From positions 188,657 through 252,656 of the forward strand of contig NW_013657679.1 in NCBI RefSeq assembly GCF_000142905.1: DNA of 64,000 nt, given 5' to 3'. Positions 52,360 to 64,000 of the stretch are shown here, one piece after another (the first letter of the stretch is position 1; every line of letters starts with the position of its first letter). The notes under the pieces were generated by a model, which was not told the DNA's origin, made no database searches, and saw only the letters and a list, made by a program, of their open reading frames with translations. This DNA comes from Thecamonas trahens ATCC 50062 (Eukaryota; Protista; Apusomonadida). Made by a program: the position numbers and the translations under genes.

Positions 52360-54552
52360 TCACAGCGACGATGCCAGCATGCCGGGGCCGACCCGGCGCG
52401 CGCCAGCATCCATCATGTCCTTGAGCGTCGCCTTCCACACCTTGCTCGGCTCGTCCTTGTTGAGCGTCGAGTATGACGATGCCACAAAGAGTGCACGGTA
52501 CACGTCGCCGTCAAACCGCCCAAGCACCGAGCCGAGCTTCTCGTCCGAGTGGTCAAAGGCGTCCACAAGCCGGATGGTGTGCGGTCGAAGCTCGACAAGG
52601 AGCTCGCGGACTGCACCCCGAACCAGCCCGGCTTGCTCTGCGCTCACGTACCCATCCTCCAGCCAGTCACCGATGTGGGTCTCCATCTGGTGGAGCGCAA
52701 AGAGCGCGCCGAGGTCGCGGAGAATGCTTGCCACCGCCGCATCCGTCTTGAGCTCGGCCACACGCGCAAAGTAGTTCTGCACAAGCACAAACATCGAGTG
52801 CGCCCACGCCACCTGGTTGACCTCGATGAGGGCCACCCGCCACGCCTCCGCCTGCGAGACCCCGTCGCTGGCCACTGCCTTTCGCAGCTGGCTCGCCAGC
52901 GATGCGAGCTTGAACGCGGCGCGGTGTCCAAACGCGGTCTCGAGCGTCTCGGGCCTCCGCCACTCGCTAGTCGTCGCTGCACTCGCACGCGGGCTGGGCT
53001 TGTCGGCGGCCAGCGCCAGCGCCTCGCCCAGGTACTGAAAACGTGCCGAGAGCGAGTCTAGCACCTCGCGCGCCTTGTCCGGAGACCCGGCCGTTGCCGC
53101 AGCAGTAAAGACCTTAAGTAGGTACTTAGTCGTCTGCCCGGTGATCATGTAGTTGTCGCCTTCCACCGTGTTGTGGTGCACGCCGTGGGTGTAGAGGTCC
53201 GGAAAGCCCGACGCACGCAGATACCCATGCCCGCCGCACGCCAGCCGGCACTCCTCAATCCCAGCAGCCTTGATGGTCGAGCACACAGCCTTGAGCCCGG
53301 ACGATGTCGCGTGCAAGTCCGGCAGCACCGCGAGACTCGAATTGTCCTCGATCGCCGTAAGCAGCTCCTCGTGGAGCTCGTGGATGGTCGCCCCCATAAA
53401 CTTGAAGACATAGCTAGCCGCCAGGAGCGGGAAGAGCCGGAACTGCTGGAGCGGGTACTCGATCACGGCATACTCATCAGAGTCGGACCCGTCCTTAAAT
53501 CCCTGCCGCCGCACCGCAGAATACCGCAGCGCAATCGTGACCGCCGCAGAGAGCTCGGTTCCCGACGACGCCACAATAAAAGCCCGCACCCCGAGCATCG
53601 ACGAGTAGAGGAGCTTGCGCGATGCTCCGCGTGCCGGCTCGTACTCGCCCTCGCGCGTCACTCGTGCGTACTTCATCGCCATGTTTTCACGAGGGATACG
53701 GACCTTGTTAAAAACGGCCCACCCGTTGTCCTGCATGTTGTACCCGAGCTTCGGCCCGATGTCGCCGGTGTATACTCCCGGGAGAAGCTCGTGGGTCTCG
53801 CGGTCGCGGAGCGGAACCAGAAAGTTGTGAATGCCGTGGTCAGTCCCGTTCAACAGCAGCCGCGCGTAGACCACGGCGTAGTTGGCGGTCTTGCCGAGCG
53901 TTCCTGGCCACCACTTGAGCGCCGCCAGGTCTGGCGTCTCGATCACAAACTCGTCCGTTTCCGGATCATACGTTGCCGTCGTCTGCAGCCCGCGGACGTT
54001 GGAGCCGTGCCCGAGCTCGGTCTGGGCGTACGCGCCGAGAATCGCGTACGAGTCTGCAGCCGGCTTCCATTTGGCCACCTGCTCCTCGTCAAAGAGCACT
54101 CCGATGTTGGGAGAGAACATGACCCACTGGAGGTCCGTCGGCAGCTCGTCGTGGACGTGCTCGCGAAGTGCGTACAGCACCTTGGGATCTGTCACATCCA
54201 GCCCGGCACCCTCGGCAGCTTCCAGCAGCGCCGCCTGTCGCGCATGTGCGTTGGCCACAGCCTCGGCGCGCGGCACGTAGTACTTGGGCAGGCCAGCCTT
54301 GAGCGCAGCCAGCCCCGAGTCTTCCAGGATCTTGCGTGCCGCCTGCTTCGCCGCTACCTTGTCCTCGCCGCCCTCCAGAATCGCCGTCAGCTCTTCCACA
54401 GGCAGCCATGACCGAGCCCGCTCCGCAGCCAGGTCGAGCGACTCTGCTGACGGATTCGCCGCAGCCTCCTCGGCTGTCGCCGGCAGCAGCTCGCGGTACG
54501 CCGGCAGCAGCGCGGGCGCCACATCCGGGGAGATGTCCTGGAACGAAGTCAT
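52360..54552 (-). CDS. ACOX: Peroxisomal acyl-CoA oxidase
   Basis: GAYAQTELGHGSNV, KWWPG, GDIGPKLG, RYSAVRRQ, CRLACGGHGY, EGDN, S.LGRFDGDVY; PTS1-like SSL end. Confidence 0.95.
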   Translation of the reverse strand: MTSFQDISPDVAPALLPAYRELLPATAEEAAANPSAESLDLAAERARSWLPVEELTAILEGGEDKVAAKQAARKILEDSGLAALKAGLPKYYVPRAEAVANAHARQAALLEAAEGAGLDVTDPKVLYALREHVHDELPTDLQWVMFSPNIGVLFDEEQVAKWKPAADSYAILGAYAQTELGHGSNVRGLQTTATYDPETDEFVIETPDLAALKWWPGTLGKTANYAVVYARLLLNGTDHGIHNFLVPLRDRETHELLPGVYTGDIGPKLGYNMQDNGWAVFNKVRIPRENMAMKYARVTREGEYEPARGASRKLLYSSMLGVRAFIVASSGTELSAAVTIALRYSAVRRQGFKDGSDSDEYAVIEYPLQQFRLFPLLAASYVFKFMGATIHELHEELLTAIEDNSSLAVLPDLHATSSGLKAVCSTIKAAGIEECRLACGGHGYLRASGFPDLYTHGVHHNTVEGDNYMITGQTTKYLLKVFTAAATAGSPDKAREVLDSLSARFQYLGEALALAADKPSPRASAATTSEWRRPETLETAFGHRAAFKLASLASQLRKAVASDGVSQAEAWRVALIEVNQVAWAHSMFVLVQNYFARVAELKTDAAVASILRDLGALFALHQMETHIGDWLEDGYVSAEQAGLVRGAVRELLVELRPHTIRLVDAFDHSDEKLGSVLGRFDGDVYRALFVASSYSTLNKDEPSKVWKATLKDMMDAGARRVGPGMLASSL

Positions 54553-54793
54553 AGTCAGTCTAGTCTACAGTCGTGCACACGCGCGGGGGCTACAGTGCAA
54601 TAAGTCGAGTATGTCGCTCCCCCCTCGCCCGCCCGGCCCCCCCCCCCCCCCCCCCCCTTCCACCCTCCTGTCACTCACTCACACCTGTGTCCTCCCCACC
54701 CGCATCAATGCCACAGCCAAAAACTCCCCCTCCCCATCTCATCTTCTTCCCTCTCCATCATCATCTGCTCATTTCCTCCCCTCCACCGCTATC

Positions 54794-55171
54794 ATGATCA
54801 GCCCACCTCCACCTCCGCCGTCTCCGACCGCGTCACCGTCGCCTTCCCTCCTCCCGTCAACCTCGTCCTCGTTCCCCGCCTCGCGAATCACCACGCCGCT
54901 CGCGCCTCCACTCCGCGCATCGACAGCATCTGCCTTTGCCCACGCTCATGCCCTTGCTCGATCGCTTCGCTCTCTCATCGAGCTTAATCGCCGGCCTCGA
55001 TGTTCTGCAGAATCGGGGCCGCCGTCGCCATTGTTGGCGACGCCGCCTACCCTCGCCGAGCTCGCTGCTTCCGCTGCTGCCGTCCGCTCGGCAGGCGCCC
55101 GAGTCTTTGCCACCCTCCTTGCCTTCCACCGACGGCTCCTCGCCAAGCAAGCAGCCCTCTCTCCCCCTTGA
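54794..55171 (+). CDS. Short ORF, possibly the true N-terminus of the downstream kinase
   Basis: Same frame as 55202, separated by 30 nt with two stops just after a CCCCC run. Confidence 0.35.
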   Translation: MISPPPPPPSPTASPSPSLLPSTSSSFPASRITTPLAPPLRASTASAFAHAHALARSLRSLIELNRRPRCSAESGPPSPLLATPPTLAELAASAAAVRSAGARVFATLLAFHRRLLAKQAALSPP

Positions 55172-55201
55172 CCATAATACCAGGCCACACACAGAAACAC
55201 C

Positions 55202-58200
55202 ATGTCGTTGACGAGTCCGGGCCTCCAAGCGCTCACAGCCTCGGCTGCTTCGCTTGTCGCCGCCGCCCGTGCCACTCCCAGCGCCTCGGGAGAACACATC
55301 GCCGCTCTTGCCGACCTCATTCCCGCCTTTGAGAGCCACGGGGCGCACATCTCCTTTGCCCTCCTCGAGCTTGCAAACCCAGACTCTCACCTCCATCTCG
55401 ACTCGCTCAAGCGCATCTTTGAGGATACTGGCGACTCGTTCTCGCTCTCCTGCTTCCTCTCCATCGAGCAGCTCGCTGCCGCCGCCGGTCCAGAACACCT
55501 GCCGGCCCGGCCGCTCCCCTCGCCCACCTCCACCTCCCGCCTTGCGCAGATCTCCGCAGATGCCGCGGCCGCCGCTCTTTTGCGTACCCGCGCCTCGCCT
55601 CCGCCGCACCTCACATCTTGCCCCGTCTGTGAGACAGAGCTCGACCTTGTCGCCTCCTCCCGCGACTCGCCGCCGTCGCCCTGGTGCCAACTCTGCCAGG
55701 CTGCCCCGCTGCCATGGACCTGCCTCTGCTCGTATGTCAACTCTTCCGACCCGCTCTCCTGCAAACTGTGCGGCTACTCGGTCTTTCACACCCGTCTTCG
55801 GGCCATCCTCTCGGGCGGACTCGCCAACGTCATCGTCCTCGACCTCATCCTCGATCGCTACTTTACTGTTGCGCCTGCTCCACCCTACGACACCGCCGCG
55901 GCGTTACCGCCGCTCGCGTCGCCGTCTGCTGCACTCGCCACCCTCAACCCGACCCTCGACCTAGATCTGGTCCTCTTTGCCATCTCCTCCGGGGCAAACC
56001 TTCCCGTCCTCCACTCCCTTGCGTCGCGGTTTATCGAAGGCCAGACGACGTCCTCCCTCCGTTCTGCCGCCATCCTTCACCTCGCTTCAGCCGCCATTGC
56101 CGCCTCGCGTCCACCGCTCCTCACAGACCTTCTCCTTCCGCTCGCGAGCGCTTCTCTTGATGACGCTCCGGACATTCTTGCCAGCCTCGTCCGTCCCGCA
56201 CTCGCCGCTGGAGCTGCTTGGCTCTTTGACCTCCTTGTCACCCACCATGCGCTTGACCTTCACGCCTTTGTTGGCCTCTCTTCAGGTGACAACGTCCTCC
56301 ACATCGCCGCCGCCGTTGCCTCGCCGCAGTCGCTCGTCGACCTGCTCCACCTGCTGGATCCTGACAACTCCCCGCACCGCTGCCTCGCCCTTCTTGACGC
56401 GCCTAACTCGACTGGCCTCACGCCGCCTCAGCTTGCGGCGTCCAACGAGGTTTGGGGCCTTCTCGTTGGCCTCCGCGCTCGCCTCCGCCGAGCTCCAGCA
56501 GCGCTCGCGCCCCACCCCGCTCCACCGTGCGCCTTTCTTGCCACGTCTTGGGCGGCTGTCACACTCGCGTCGGACCCTCCGCTCGGCGAAGGCCAGTTCT
56601 CCGTTGTCCGCGCTGGCCACTATCTTGCCCAGCCTGTCGCTGTCAAGATTCTCAAGGCCGACGCCCGCGCTCCGTCAACTCACAAGATCTTTCTCAAGGA
56701 GCTCGCTGCCGTCTCGCGAATGGCCCATCCCAACTGTGTCCGCTTTGTCGCCGCCATTGTCGAGGAGACCCAGCTGGTCATCCTGACAGAGCTGCTTGTC
56801 TTTGGCGACCTCAACGCCCGCATCTACGGCGCCCGTGGCGTCCCACCCTTTCCCTCATGGTCTGCCAAGATCCGTGCTGTAATTGCTGTTGCAAAGGGCA
56901 TGGCTTTTCTTCATGGCTGCGGCATGGTCCACCGTGACCTCAAGCCTGCGAACGTCCTCCTCGAGGGCCTCGGCGGCGGCTGCAAGCTGGCTGATTTTGG
57001 CCTTGCCGTCCTTCAGGCCAACATCGACGCTGGCGCAGAACACTCTCATGTCGGCACTCCGGCATACATGGCGCCGGAGGCGCTCCTAGGCCACGCGAAC
57101 GACATGCACTCGGACGTCTGGTCCTTTGGCACTCTCCTCTGGGAAGTCGTCGCCGAAATGCGGCCCTCCCGCCAGGCCCGTCTTGCCAACTGCTACGCTC
57201 TCCCCGGCGACATCGCCTTTCCCACCTGGCCGGCCACTCTCTCCACCCTCCTCTCCCACACTCTCATTCCGCACGAGCCATCTGCCCGCCTCTCCTTTGT
57301 TGCCATCCTTGAGCTTCTCGACGCCCTTGCCCGTGAAGTTGCCTTTGTCGAGGCCATCCAGAATGCTGACCTCTACTCCATCAAGGCCCTCCTCGCCGCC
57401 GCCTCACCCGACCTTGTGCACTCGCTCGTTGCCCTTTCGGCGCCGCCGCCACTTGCCTCGGCCCTCCACGTTGCCGCACTCTACAACGACACTTCCTTCG
57501 CTGCCCATCTCCTGACGCTCTCGGCCTCGGCGTCCTGGCTCGACCTGGAGCCCTGCCCTGCCCTGCTCACAACCTCTTCTGATCTCCGTCTTCTCCTCCT
57601 TGCCCGCGGCCAAGCCTCGTGGGCCTCACTCCCGCACCACTCGCTTGTCGACGCTGCCTCATTTGATGCCGCAGCCTCGCTCGTTCTTCCCGCGCGCCCC
57701 ACCCTCCTCCACCTCACCGTCCTTCCCATCCCGGATGCCTCACTTGAGCTTCTTACCCATCCGTCGCGCGCCTCACTTGAGCGTGCAGCCTGGATCCCTG
57801 CTGCGCTTGTTGTTGTCCGCTCGCCCTCACTTCATCGCTTTGTCCTCTGCCAGGATGCCAACCCGCTCGCGGTCTTTGCCTCGTCCTCCGCCGCTGTCGT
57901 TGTCCACCCCGAGCTCGACGCCCTGCTCCTCCTTGACGAGTTGACCAACGAGCGCTTCCTCCTCCGTGTTCTTCCCGACCAGCCGCACTCGCTCTCCACC
58001 CTCACGCTTGCTGCCCTCCTCCAGGCATGCATTGCTGACGTACACCTCCCGCCGCCGTCTCGCGCCACTGTCGATGCTCTTCTCAATCCACACACGCCGC
58101 CCGCGCCTCCCGACTACGTCGACGCTACCGCCCGGCATCTCGGTACCAGTGCCAACCTCACCCTCACGTCCAACTCTATTCCCACCGCCCCACTCCGCAC

Positions 58201-61032
58201 TGCCACCCTCACGCTCACGGCGTCACTCAGCAACTCGGGCTGGATCGAAACGACGCCTCATCCGCCGCCTCTTGTCGAGAGCAATGGCACCCTCGCTGTC
58301 GACGACAACACCACCCTCACCATGGCACCCACTCCCTCGCACCCCGAGTCGGGCCTCGCCACACTTGCCCTCGCCCAGCCCACCTCGTCGCTTGGCCGCA
58401 CTCTCTCGTCGTCGTCGTCCGATGCTTCACTCGTCCGACTCGGCGCCTCGCTTGGCTCGGCAGCCACCCTTGACTCGGGCTGCAACATCTTCCCGCTCGA
58501 CTCACCTGCCATTGTTGTCTCGGACCGCCTCGCACCCGAGCTCGGCGCTGCTTCCGAGACTGGCCTCCGCTCCGGCGCTCGCGGCCTCTGCCTCGGCGCC
58601 GATGTTGCCATCAAGGACGTGGCCGTTGGTGCCCTCGACGGCGCCACCCGCCTTCTCTGCACCATCCACGCTGCCGCACACCCGTACGTTGTCTCTCTCA
58701 TGGGCATCCAGCTCGATCCGCGCGAGACTGCTCCGTCACGCGTCCGCCTCATTCGCGAGCGCATCAAGGGAACCGTTCTCACCGAGGCTCTCTCTCGCCG
58801 GGTCGGCAACCTCATGGACGCTCCGTCCGAGATTGTCCGCGTCCTCTACCAGCTTGCGCAGGCGCTCGTCTACCTGCACTCGCAGCTGAGCCTCCCGCAC
58901 GGCTCGCTCACGCCGTCCAACGTGGTCCTCACTCAGCTCAATGCCACGGTCATGCTCACCGATCACGGCCAGGCCGCTCTCGAGGCCGCAGCTCTCGAGG
59001 CCGTCGCCGCCTCGGGCGAGCGCATTCCGGAACTTGCCCACCGTGTCGACCTCGCCTACGCCCCGCCCGAAGTCCTCAAGGGCACGGCAGCGGCGACCTC
59101 GCTTGCTGCCGACATCTGGGCGTTTGGCTGCATTGCTTGGCTTCTCCTCTCCAACTCGCACCGAGACGTTGGCCGGCCCATCCGGCCCTACGACGAGCTC
59201 TCCTCGCTCTCGTCGCGCTTCACCCGCCCGAACGAGCCACCCGGCATTTTCCATGCCGACATCCCGCCGGCCCTTACTTCGCTCTTTCAGGCCTGCTGGT
59301 CGCCGCATCCAGACGCTCGCCCGCCAGCGGCCGACCTTGCAGCGTCCCTCGCCCTTGTCCTCGAGCCGCCGCCACTCTCGGGCTTTGCCGACTCGACCAC
59401 GCTCATCGCCGACACTGTCGTCATGGAGCGCTGCCTCGCCGTCCTTGCCGCCGCCAAGGCCGCCGCCGCCCCGCACGCCGTCATCGTTGCCGCTGCCGAC
59501 CGCCTTGTCGGCGCTCTCCGCCTTTACACGCCGTCTACACCTGTCCTCGTCGAGTTTGAAGATGTCCTCTCTGTCGCCCTCGCCCTCCTCGCCAACTACT
59601 GGCCAGCGGCGGCTGTATCGCTCGCCGCACTCCGTCTCATTGCCGCCGTCCCGGCCTCTGCGCTTGACTCGAGTGCAGGGCGCGCCCTTGTCGAGACTGC
59701 CACCGGTGACGTCTGGACGGCCTTTAACGCGCTCGCCGCTGTCGACTCGCTCGACTTTGACCTTGTCGACGCCGCCCTTGCTGCCCTCTCGCGTCTCATT
59801 GACCTTCTTCACAAGGGCTCCATTGCCTGGCTCGACACCTGGCTTGTGGCTAACGTCCGCGAGGTTCTTGCCGGGGGCGCTGCTATCGTCGACTACGCCT
59901 GCTGCCATGCTTCTCTACCATCGCCGGGTGCGCAGCGCACCGCGCTGGTCCACACCGTCCGCTCGCTCCTTGGCCTCCTCGCCGTCACCGGGCCACACCT
60001 CCAGCGCCTCTCGCTCCTTGACCGCACAGACTACGAGGAGCTCATCCGCATTCTTGCCCGCGTCGTCGACATCCAGCTTCTCCAGCCTGCTGTTGCCGAC
60101 GTCCTCACTGTTGTTGTCGTCCTTCTCGACGACATTGCCTTCCCACTCGCCTCGCTTGACCCGCTCATGCCGCCGCTGCGCCGCCTCCCGACGAAACCCG
60201 CGACGCGGTTGTCCCGCTCCATATGGTTGTTGTTGGCGCCCACATGTTCCAGACCCGCATCCTCACCCCGCCGGTACCCGCCGCGCCGGAATCTCTCGCG
60301 AGTCATCCGAGCCCGGACGTCTACGACCATGTGTTCTTTGCTCAAATGATGCTCTCCTCCTCCGACCCGGCCCACGTCCAGGCAGGCGTCGACGCCGTTG
60401 TCCGCATGATGACCTGGGGCCCGGCTTCCAACTGGCCGGCTGGCGACGTCACGCCGCCATCGTCATCGTCCTTCTCTTCGGCCTTCCTCTCCTTTGTCCC
60501 GTCCTTCCTCAAGCGGCGCTCGTCGTCGACCTCCTCACCATGCCGCTCGCCGTCGTCGCACCCTGCCGCTGTCGTCGCATTCCTCGACCCAGGCCAGCGC
60601 GACGCTCTCCGCGACCTTCTTGCCGCACTTGCGGTAGTCAAGGCCCTCATTCGTGTCTTTGAGCACTTTTGCAACCACTCGTGGCTTGTCCAGTGCTCGG
60701 CCCGCCTCTGCGCCCTCCTTGCCGCCACCTTTCCTGCCGTCTGCGCTCGCGATGACCTCCTTCTCGCCCTCGTCAACGCCGCCTTTCAGCACTCGTCCAA
60801 CCGTCGCATGTTCAAGTTTGCCCTCCGCACCTACCAGCATCTTGCTGATGCAGGCCTAGGCGACTCGGCGAGCCCGCTGCTTGTCTCGTTCAAGACCTCG
60901 CTCGACCAGCTGGCCCATGGCCGGCGGCACCCGTCGTCACCCAGCCGGCCCGACGGAGACTCTTCCCCCACCTCTACCCCTCCCACCGACAGCCACTGTG
61001 GCAACACCTCACCACCCCAATCACTGCTGTAG
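55202..61032 (+). CDS. Large multidomain kinase: Cys zinc ribbons, ankyrin-like repeats, TKL kinase, pseudokinase, helical C-terminus; frameshift near 60170
   Basis: WTCLCSYVN....CKLC; GDNVLHIAA, GLTP; GEGQFS, VAVK, HRDLKPAN, DFG, APE; second domain VAIK, HGSLTPSN, TDHG, PPE, DIWAFG. Confidence 0.85.
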
Positions 61033-61049
61033 CTGTAACATACACCCCT

Positions 61050-61937
61050 ATGTCGGCCACGAGGCCGTCGCGCAAGCGGCGTCGCACCCTGCCGCCGCCT
61101 TCCATACGCCTCGAGCCGGCCGTCACCACTGCGGCCGTCGACTCGGACGCCAGCAGTGTGCCCACGACCACCAACACGGTTAGTGCCCACCCACCGCGAG
61201 GGGAGCCCAGCCCGCCGCGAGGGGAGCCCAGCCCGCCGCGAGGGGAGCCCAGCTCGCCGCGTTGCTCACCTCCACCAGCTGCTCCTGGGTCGTCATTTGC
61301 ACTTGTCGACACTGTTCTCGCTCAGCTCGACCCGGTGAGTGGGCCCGTCAGCGCTGTGCTGCAAGACCACCTCGTCGAGTGGCACTCGCGCTTCCCTACC
61401 ATACTCTCGGATGTTGCCACTGTGCAACGGTTTACGCGGGCGATCCTCACCGTTGCTGCCAAGCTCAACGTCGAGCGCGATCCGCTAGATCCACGTGGCC
61501 CGCGGCCGGCAGGCACACCGCCGCAAGGCTGGGACGTCGCCCTCCCCACCATCTACGCCTTTCTTGCTTCGCTCTTTGACGGCTCGCAGTCGGCGCAGGA
61601 AACCCGCGCCACCTTTGTGGCCATGGGTCCGCTTGAGCAGACCCTCGTTCGCTACCTTGTTGCCCACCTTGCGTTGAACACTACTGATCCCGCGTTCCGC
61701 GAGTCGGTAGCCTCGGCGGCGGCGGCCTCGACGCTGCTCGCGGAGGCCGGCTCTGACGCCGCTGCCTCTACCCTCCGCCCCGTTGCGCACGAAGCCATGG
61801 TTGCCGCTGCGGCTGCCATCACGCCCCTTCCTACCTCCAGCCTGGTCTCGGCCTACGCTGCAGTTGTTAGCTCCGAGGCAGCCGACGACGGCCGAGGAGA
61901 GCTCGAGCGCGCAGTCAAGCGCGCCCGTCGCCACTAG
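61050..61937 (+). CDS. Hypothetical protein with basic NLS-like termini
   Basis: 295-aa ATG ORF; RKRRR and KRARR. Confidence 0.65.
   Translation: MSATRPSRKRRRTLPPPSIRLEPAVTTAAVDSDASSVPTTTNTVSAHPPRGEPSPPRGEPSPPRGEPSSPRCSPPPAAPGSSFALVDTVLAQLDPVSGPVSAVLQDHLVEWHSRFPTILSDVATVQRFTRAILTVAAKLNVERDPLDPRGPRPAGTPPQGWDVALPTIYAFLASLFDGSQSAQETRATFVAMGPLEQTLVRYLVAHLALNTTDPAFRESVASAAAASTLLAEAGSDAAASTLRPVAHEAMVAAAAAITPLPTSSLVSAYAAVVSSEAADDGRGELERAVKRARRH
61191..61260. repeat. 21-bp coding tandem repeat x3 (PPRGEPS)
   Basis: ccgccgcgaggggagcccagc repeated. Confidence 0.9.
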
Positions 61938-64000
61938 CACCAACAGGCCTGGCCTGGCTAGCACGCCAGGCTTGAAAGGCACGGGCATCAAACTTTGGCT
62001 GCTTGCGTCCGCGCAACGCCGCGTTTTCGGCCTCGAGAAACGCTGTTCGCGCCCGCAGCTCGGCAATGGTTTGAGCCTGCTCGGTCACGGTCTCAACTGC
62101 ACCGTCAGCTTCGAGCTGGGCAAGCTTGTCGTGGAGGTGCTGGATGCTGTTGCGTGACGCCGCGGCAAACGATGCTGATTGTGCCAGCGCCTCGTTTTCA
62201 GCACTGAGGGTGGCGACCTGAGCCTGGAGCTCAGCGAGCAGCGCGTTGCTGCCCGGCTGCCCGTGGCCCTGCATTGCTGCCTGTGTCGCCTCGAGCTGGG
62301 CCGAGAGCACGTCGATCTGTGCATGCGCCAGCTCGAGCTGAGTCCGCAGTGCCGTCCACCGCTCCGGCCCACGCTCCAGCCGTTCAAGCAGCGCCGCCAC
62401 GGTTGGTGCCTCGACCCAGCTCGCCTCATAGCGGACCAGCTGCGCCTCTGTCGCCGCCAGTTGCGCCTTTTGCCTCTCCAGCGCCACCACCCAGTCGTGG
62501 CCGCGGAGCTGGGCAAGTTCGTGGTCGCGTGCCACTACTTCGGCCCGGGCGACCTTGACCTGCTGCTGCAACACTGCTACGTACTCGACCAGCTCAGAGT
62601 TGTCGGCGGCCTGGATCCGCGTCGCGTGCTCCGCCACACCTGCTACCGTTTGCGTCGCCGCCTCGCGTCGCGGCAGCCGTTGGCCTCTCTGCTGGTTTCG
62701 TGCCGGGACGACCGGCCGGTTGACCGACGGCTCTGCCAGCGAGTCGCTTGAGGTGTTGAGCGATTCGAAGTGGAGCGACTCAGAGTGGAGTGAAACAATG
62801 TCAGGTATCGAGGTAAATGTGGGATGCCGGCCAAGCCCGTACACAGGCGCGCCGCTCTCGTCCATGGGCAAAGGCGAGTCGAGATACTCAGCTTCGCTTT
62901 CAACGCTCACGATCCGGAATTCGTCGCCACTCGCCTCGGACGGCAGCAGTGCCAAGCCATCATCCGACGCTGCTGTCTCGCCGAGCTGGCACCTGTTCGG
63001 CGAAGACGAGGCTTCGGACGACGCCGCGGAAGAAGAAGAAGAAGAAGAAGACGACGACGGCGATGCCGTGAGTGAGCGGGTCGGCGATGGCTCCGGTGAA
63101 TCGCTTGAGCCCAGACTACTCGCGGCCTCATTGTTCGACACGAGGACGACTACGGCTTGAGATGGCTCGTACCTGGCTTTGTCGTCACCATCTGCTGACT
63201 TGGCCGCACTGCCTCTACTGGACCACTCGGGAGAGCTCGGACCGTGGACAATAGGGCCGAGCGGCTGGGAGTCACTCGAGTTGCAGGATTCTGCAGATAG
63301 CGAAGACGGTGTGGCGAGGGCGGCGAACGGATGGGTGGACAGCTGCGGCGCATTGCTCTCTGCAGCCATCGCAGCCGCCACCGCCGGCCGGAACACTTCA
63401 CGGAACGACGGCGGGGTGCCTCCCTCTGTGGCGACGGTCGGTGCGGCTGACTCTCCGGAGAGCTCGTGGTTCTCAGCACGTGCGCGATGGGCATCAGGCG
63501 CTGTGCGCGCGGGTGCGGCTGGTGTTGTTGAGGCAAAGTCGAAGAAGGCATCGGCAGCCTGCGGCGGCGGCGGCCGACGCGGCTGCGACGAGTCGCCAAG
63601 CTGTGCCCAGAACGCAACTGCCGGCGAGGTTGGTGGTAGGACGAGTGGCGGACGGGTCTTGGGTGAGACGCCAGCTGGCTCGGGATGCTGAGTCGCTGAT
63701 CGCTGCGCCCAGTACGACGAGCGCCTGCGCTCAAAGTCGGAGGCGTCAAAGAGCGGAGGGAGGAGCTCGCCGTCGGGCCCGCGCTGCGGGCGGGCGAAGA
63801 GATAGCAGTGCGGCTCGTAGCCGAAGCGTACAATGTCTCCGTCGCGAAGCTCGTATTCGGCAAAGTGGATGCGCTTGTCGTTGACAAAGGTACCGTTGCG
63901 CGAGCCGAGGTCCCGGACGAGCGCGCTCGCGCCCGCGCTGTTCGCGGATTCCACCACGATCTCAGCGTGCCTCGATGAGACTGAGCGCGACGCAAGGCTT
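61915..64000 (-). CDS. FHA-domain + coiled-coil protein, 5' end outside the window
   Basis: VSSRHAEI, RDLGSRNGTFVN, L.DGDIVRFG; long C-terminal coiled coil. Confidence 0.85.
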   Translation of the reverse strand, partial: SLASRSVSSRHAEIVVESANSAGASALVRDLGSRNGTFVNDKRIHFAEYELRDGDIVRFGYEPHCYLFARPQRGPDGELLPPLFDASDFERRRSSYWAQRSATQHPEPAGVSPKTRPPLVLPPTSPAVAFWAQLGDSSQPRRPPPPQAADAFFDFASTTPAAPARTAPDAHRARAENHELSGESAAPTVATEGGTPPSFREVFRPAVAAAMAAESNAPQLSTHPFAALATPSSLSAESCNSSDSQPLGPIVHGPSSPEWSSRGSAAKSADGDDKARYEPSQAVVVLVSNNEAASSLGSSDSPEPSPTRSLTASPSSSSSSSSSSAASSEASSSPNRCQLGETAASDDGLALLPSEASGDEFRIVSVESEAEYLDSPLPMDESGAPVYGLGRHPTFTSIPDIVSLHSESLHFESLNTSSDSLAEPSVNRPVVPARNQQRGQRLPRREAATQTVAGVAEHATRIQAADNSELVEYVAVLQQQVKVARAEVVARDHELAQLRGHDWVVALERQKAQLAATEAQLVRYEASWVEAPTVAALLERLERGPERWTALRTQLELAHAQIDVLSAQLEATQAAMQGHGQPGSNALLAELQAQVATLSAENEALAQSASFAAASRNSIQHLHDKLAQLEADGAVETVTEQAQTIAELRARTAFLEAENAALRGRKQPKFDARAFQAWRASQARPVGASGDGRA

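Overview
Gene-dense, GC-rich eukaryotic DNA with about 40 protein-coding loci, few introns (short, near the 5' end, GT-AG) and very short intergenic spacers. One 100-N assembly gap lies at 14526-14625. Composition and gene style suggest a compact-genome protist such as the apusomonad Thecamonas trahens; this is inference, not verified. Recognisable genes: choline/ethanolamine kinase, OTU deubiquitinase, CstF77, USP32, calmodulin-like protein, RPS25, RCC1-repeat protein, trans-aconitate methyltransferase, alpha-tubulin, BLOC1S2, PIGN, WDR82, PDH E1-alpha, acyl-CoA oxidase, a tandem kinase/pseudokinase and an FHA protein. An accessory, partly decayed island at about 6-14.5 kb carries an intact toxin-type (OTT_1508-like) zinc deaminase. 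Other highlights: a CAP-Gly/villin/UBR-box fusion, a LAP1/LULL1-like torsin-activator candidate, a switch-degenerate Ran paralog, an H-protein lacking its lipoyl-lysine, and several small mitochondrial membrane proteins (Mim1-like, BRAWNIN-like and a spliced 78-aa gene absent from the ORF track). Several single-base frameshifts look like homopolymer sequencing errors. I found no tRNA, rRNA, CRISPR array or transposase. All family calls come from motifs recognised by eye; no database search was run.
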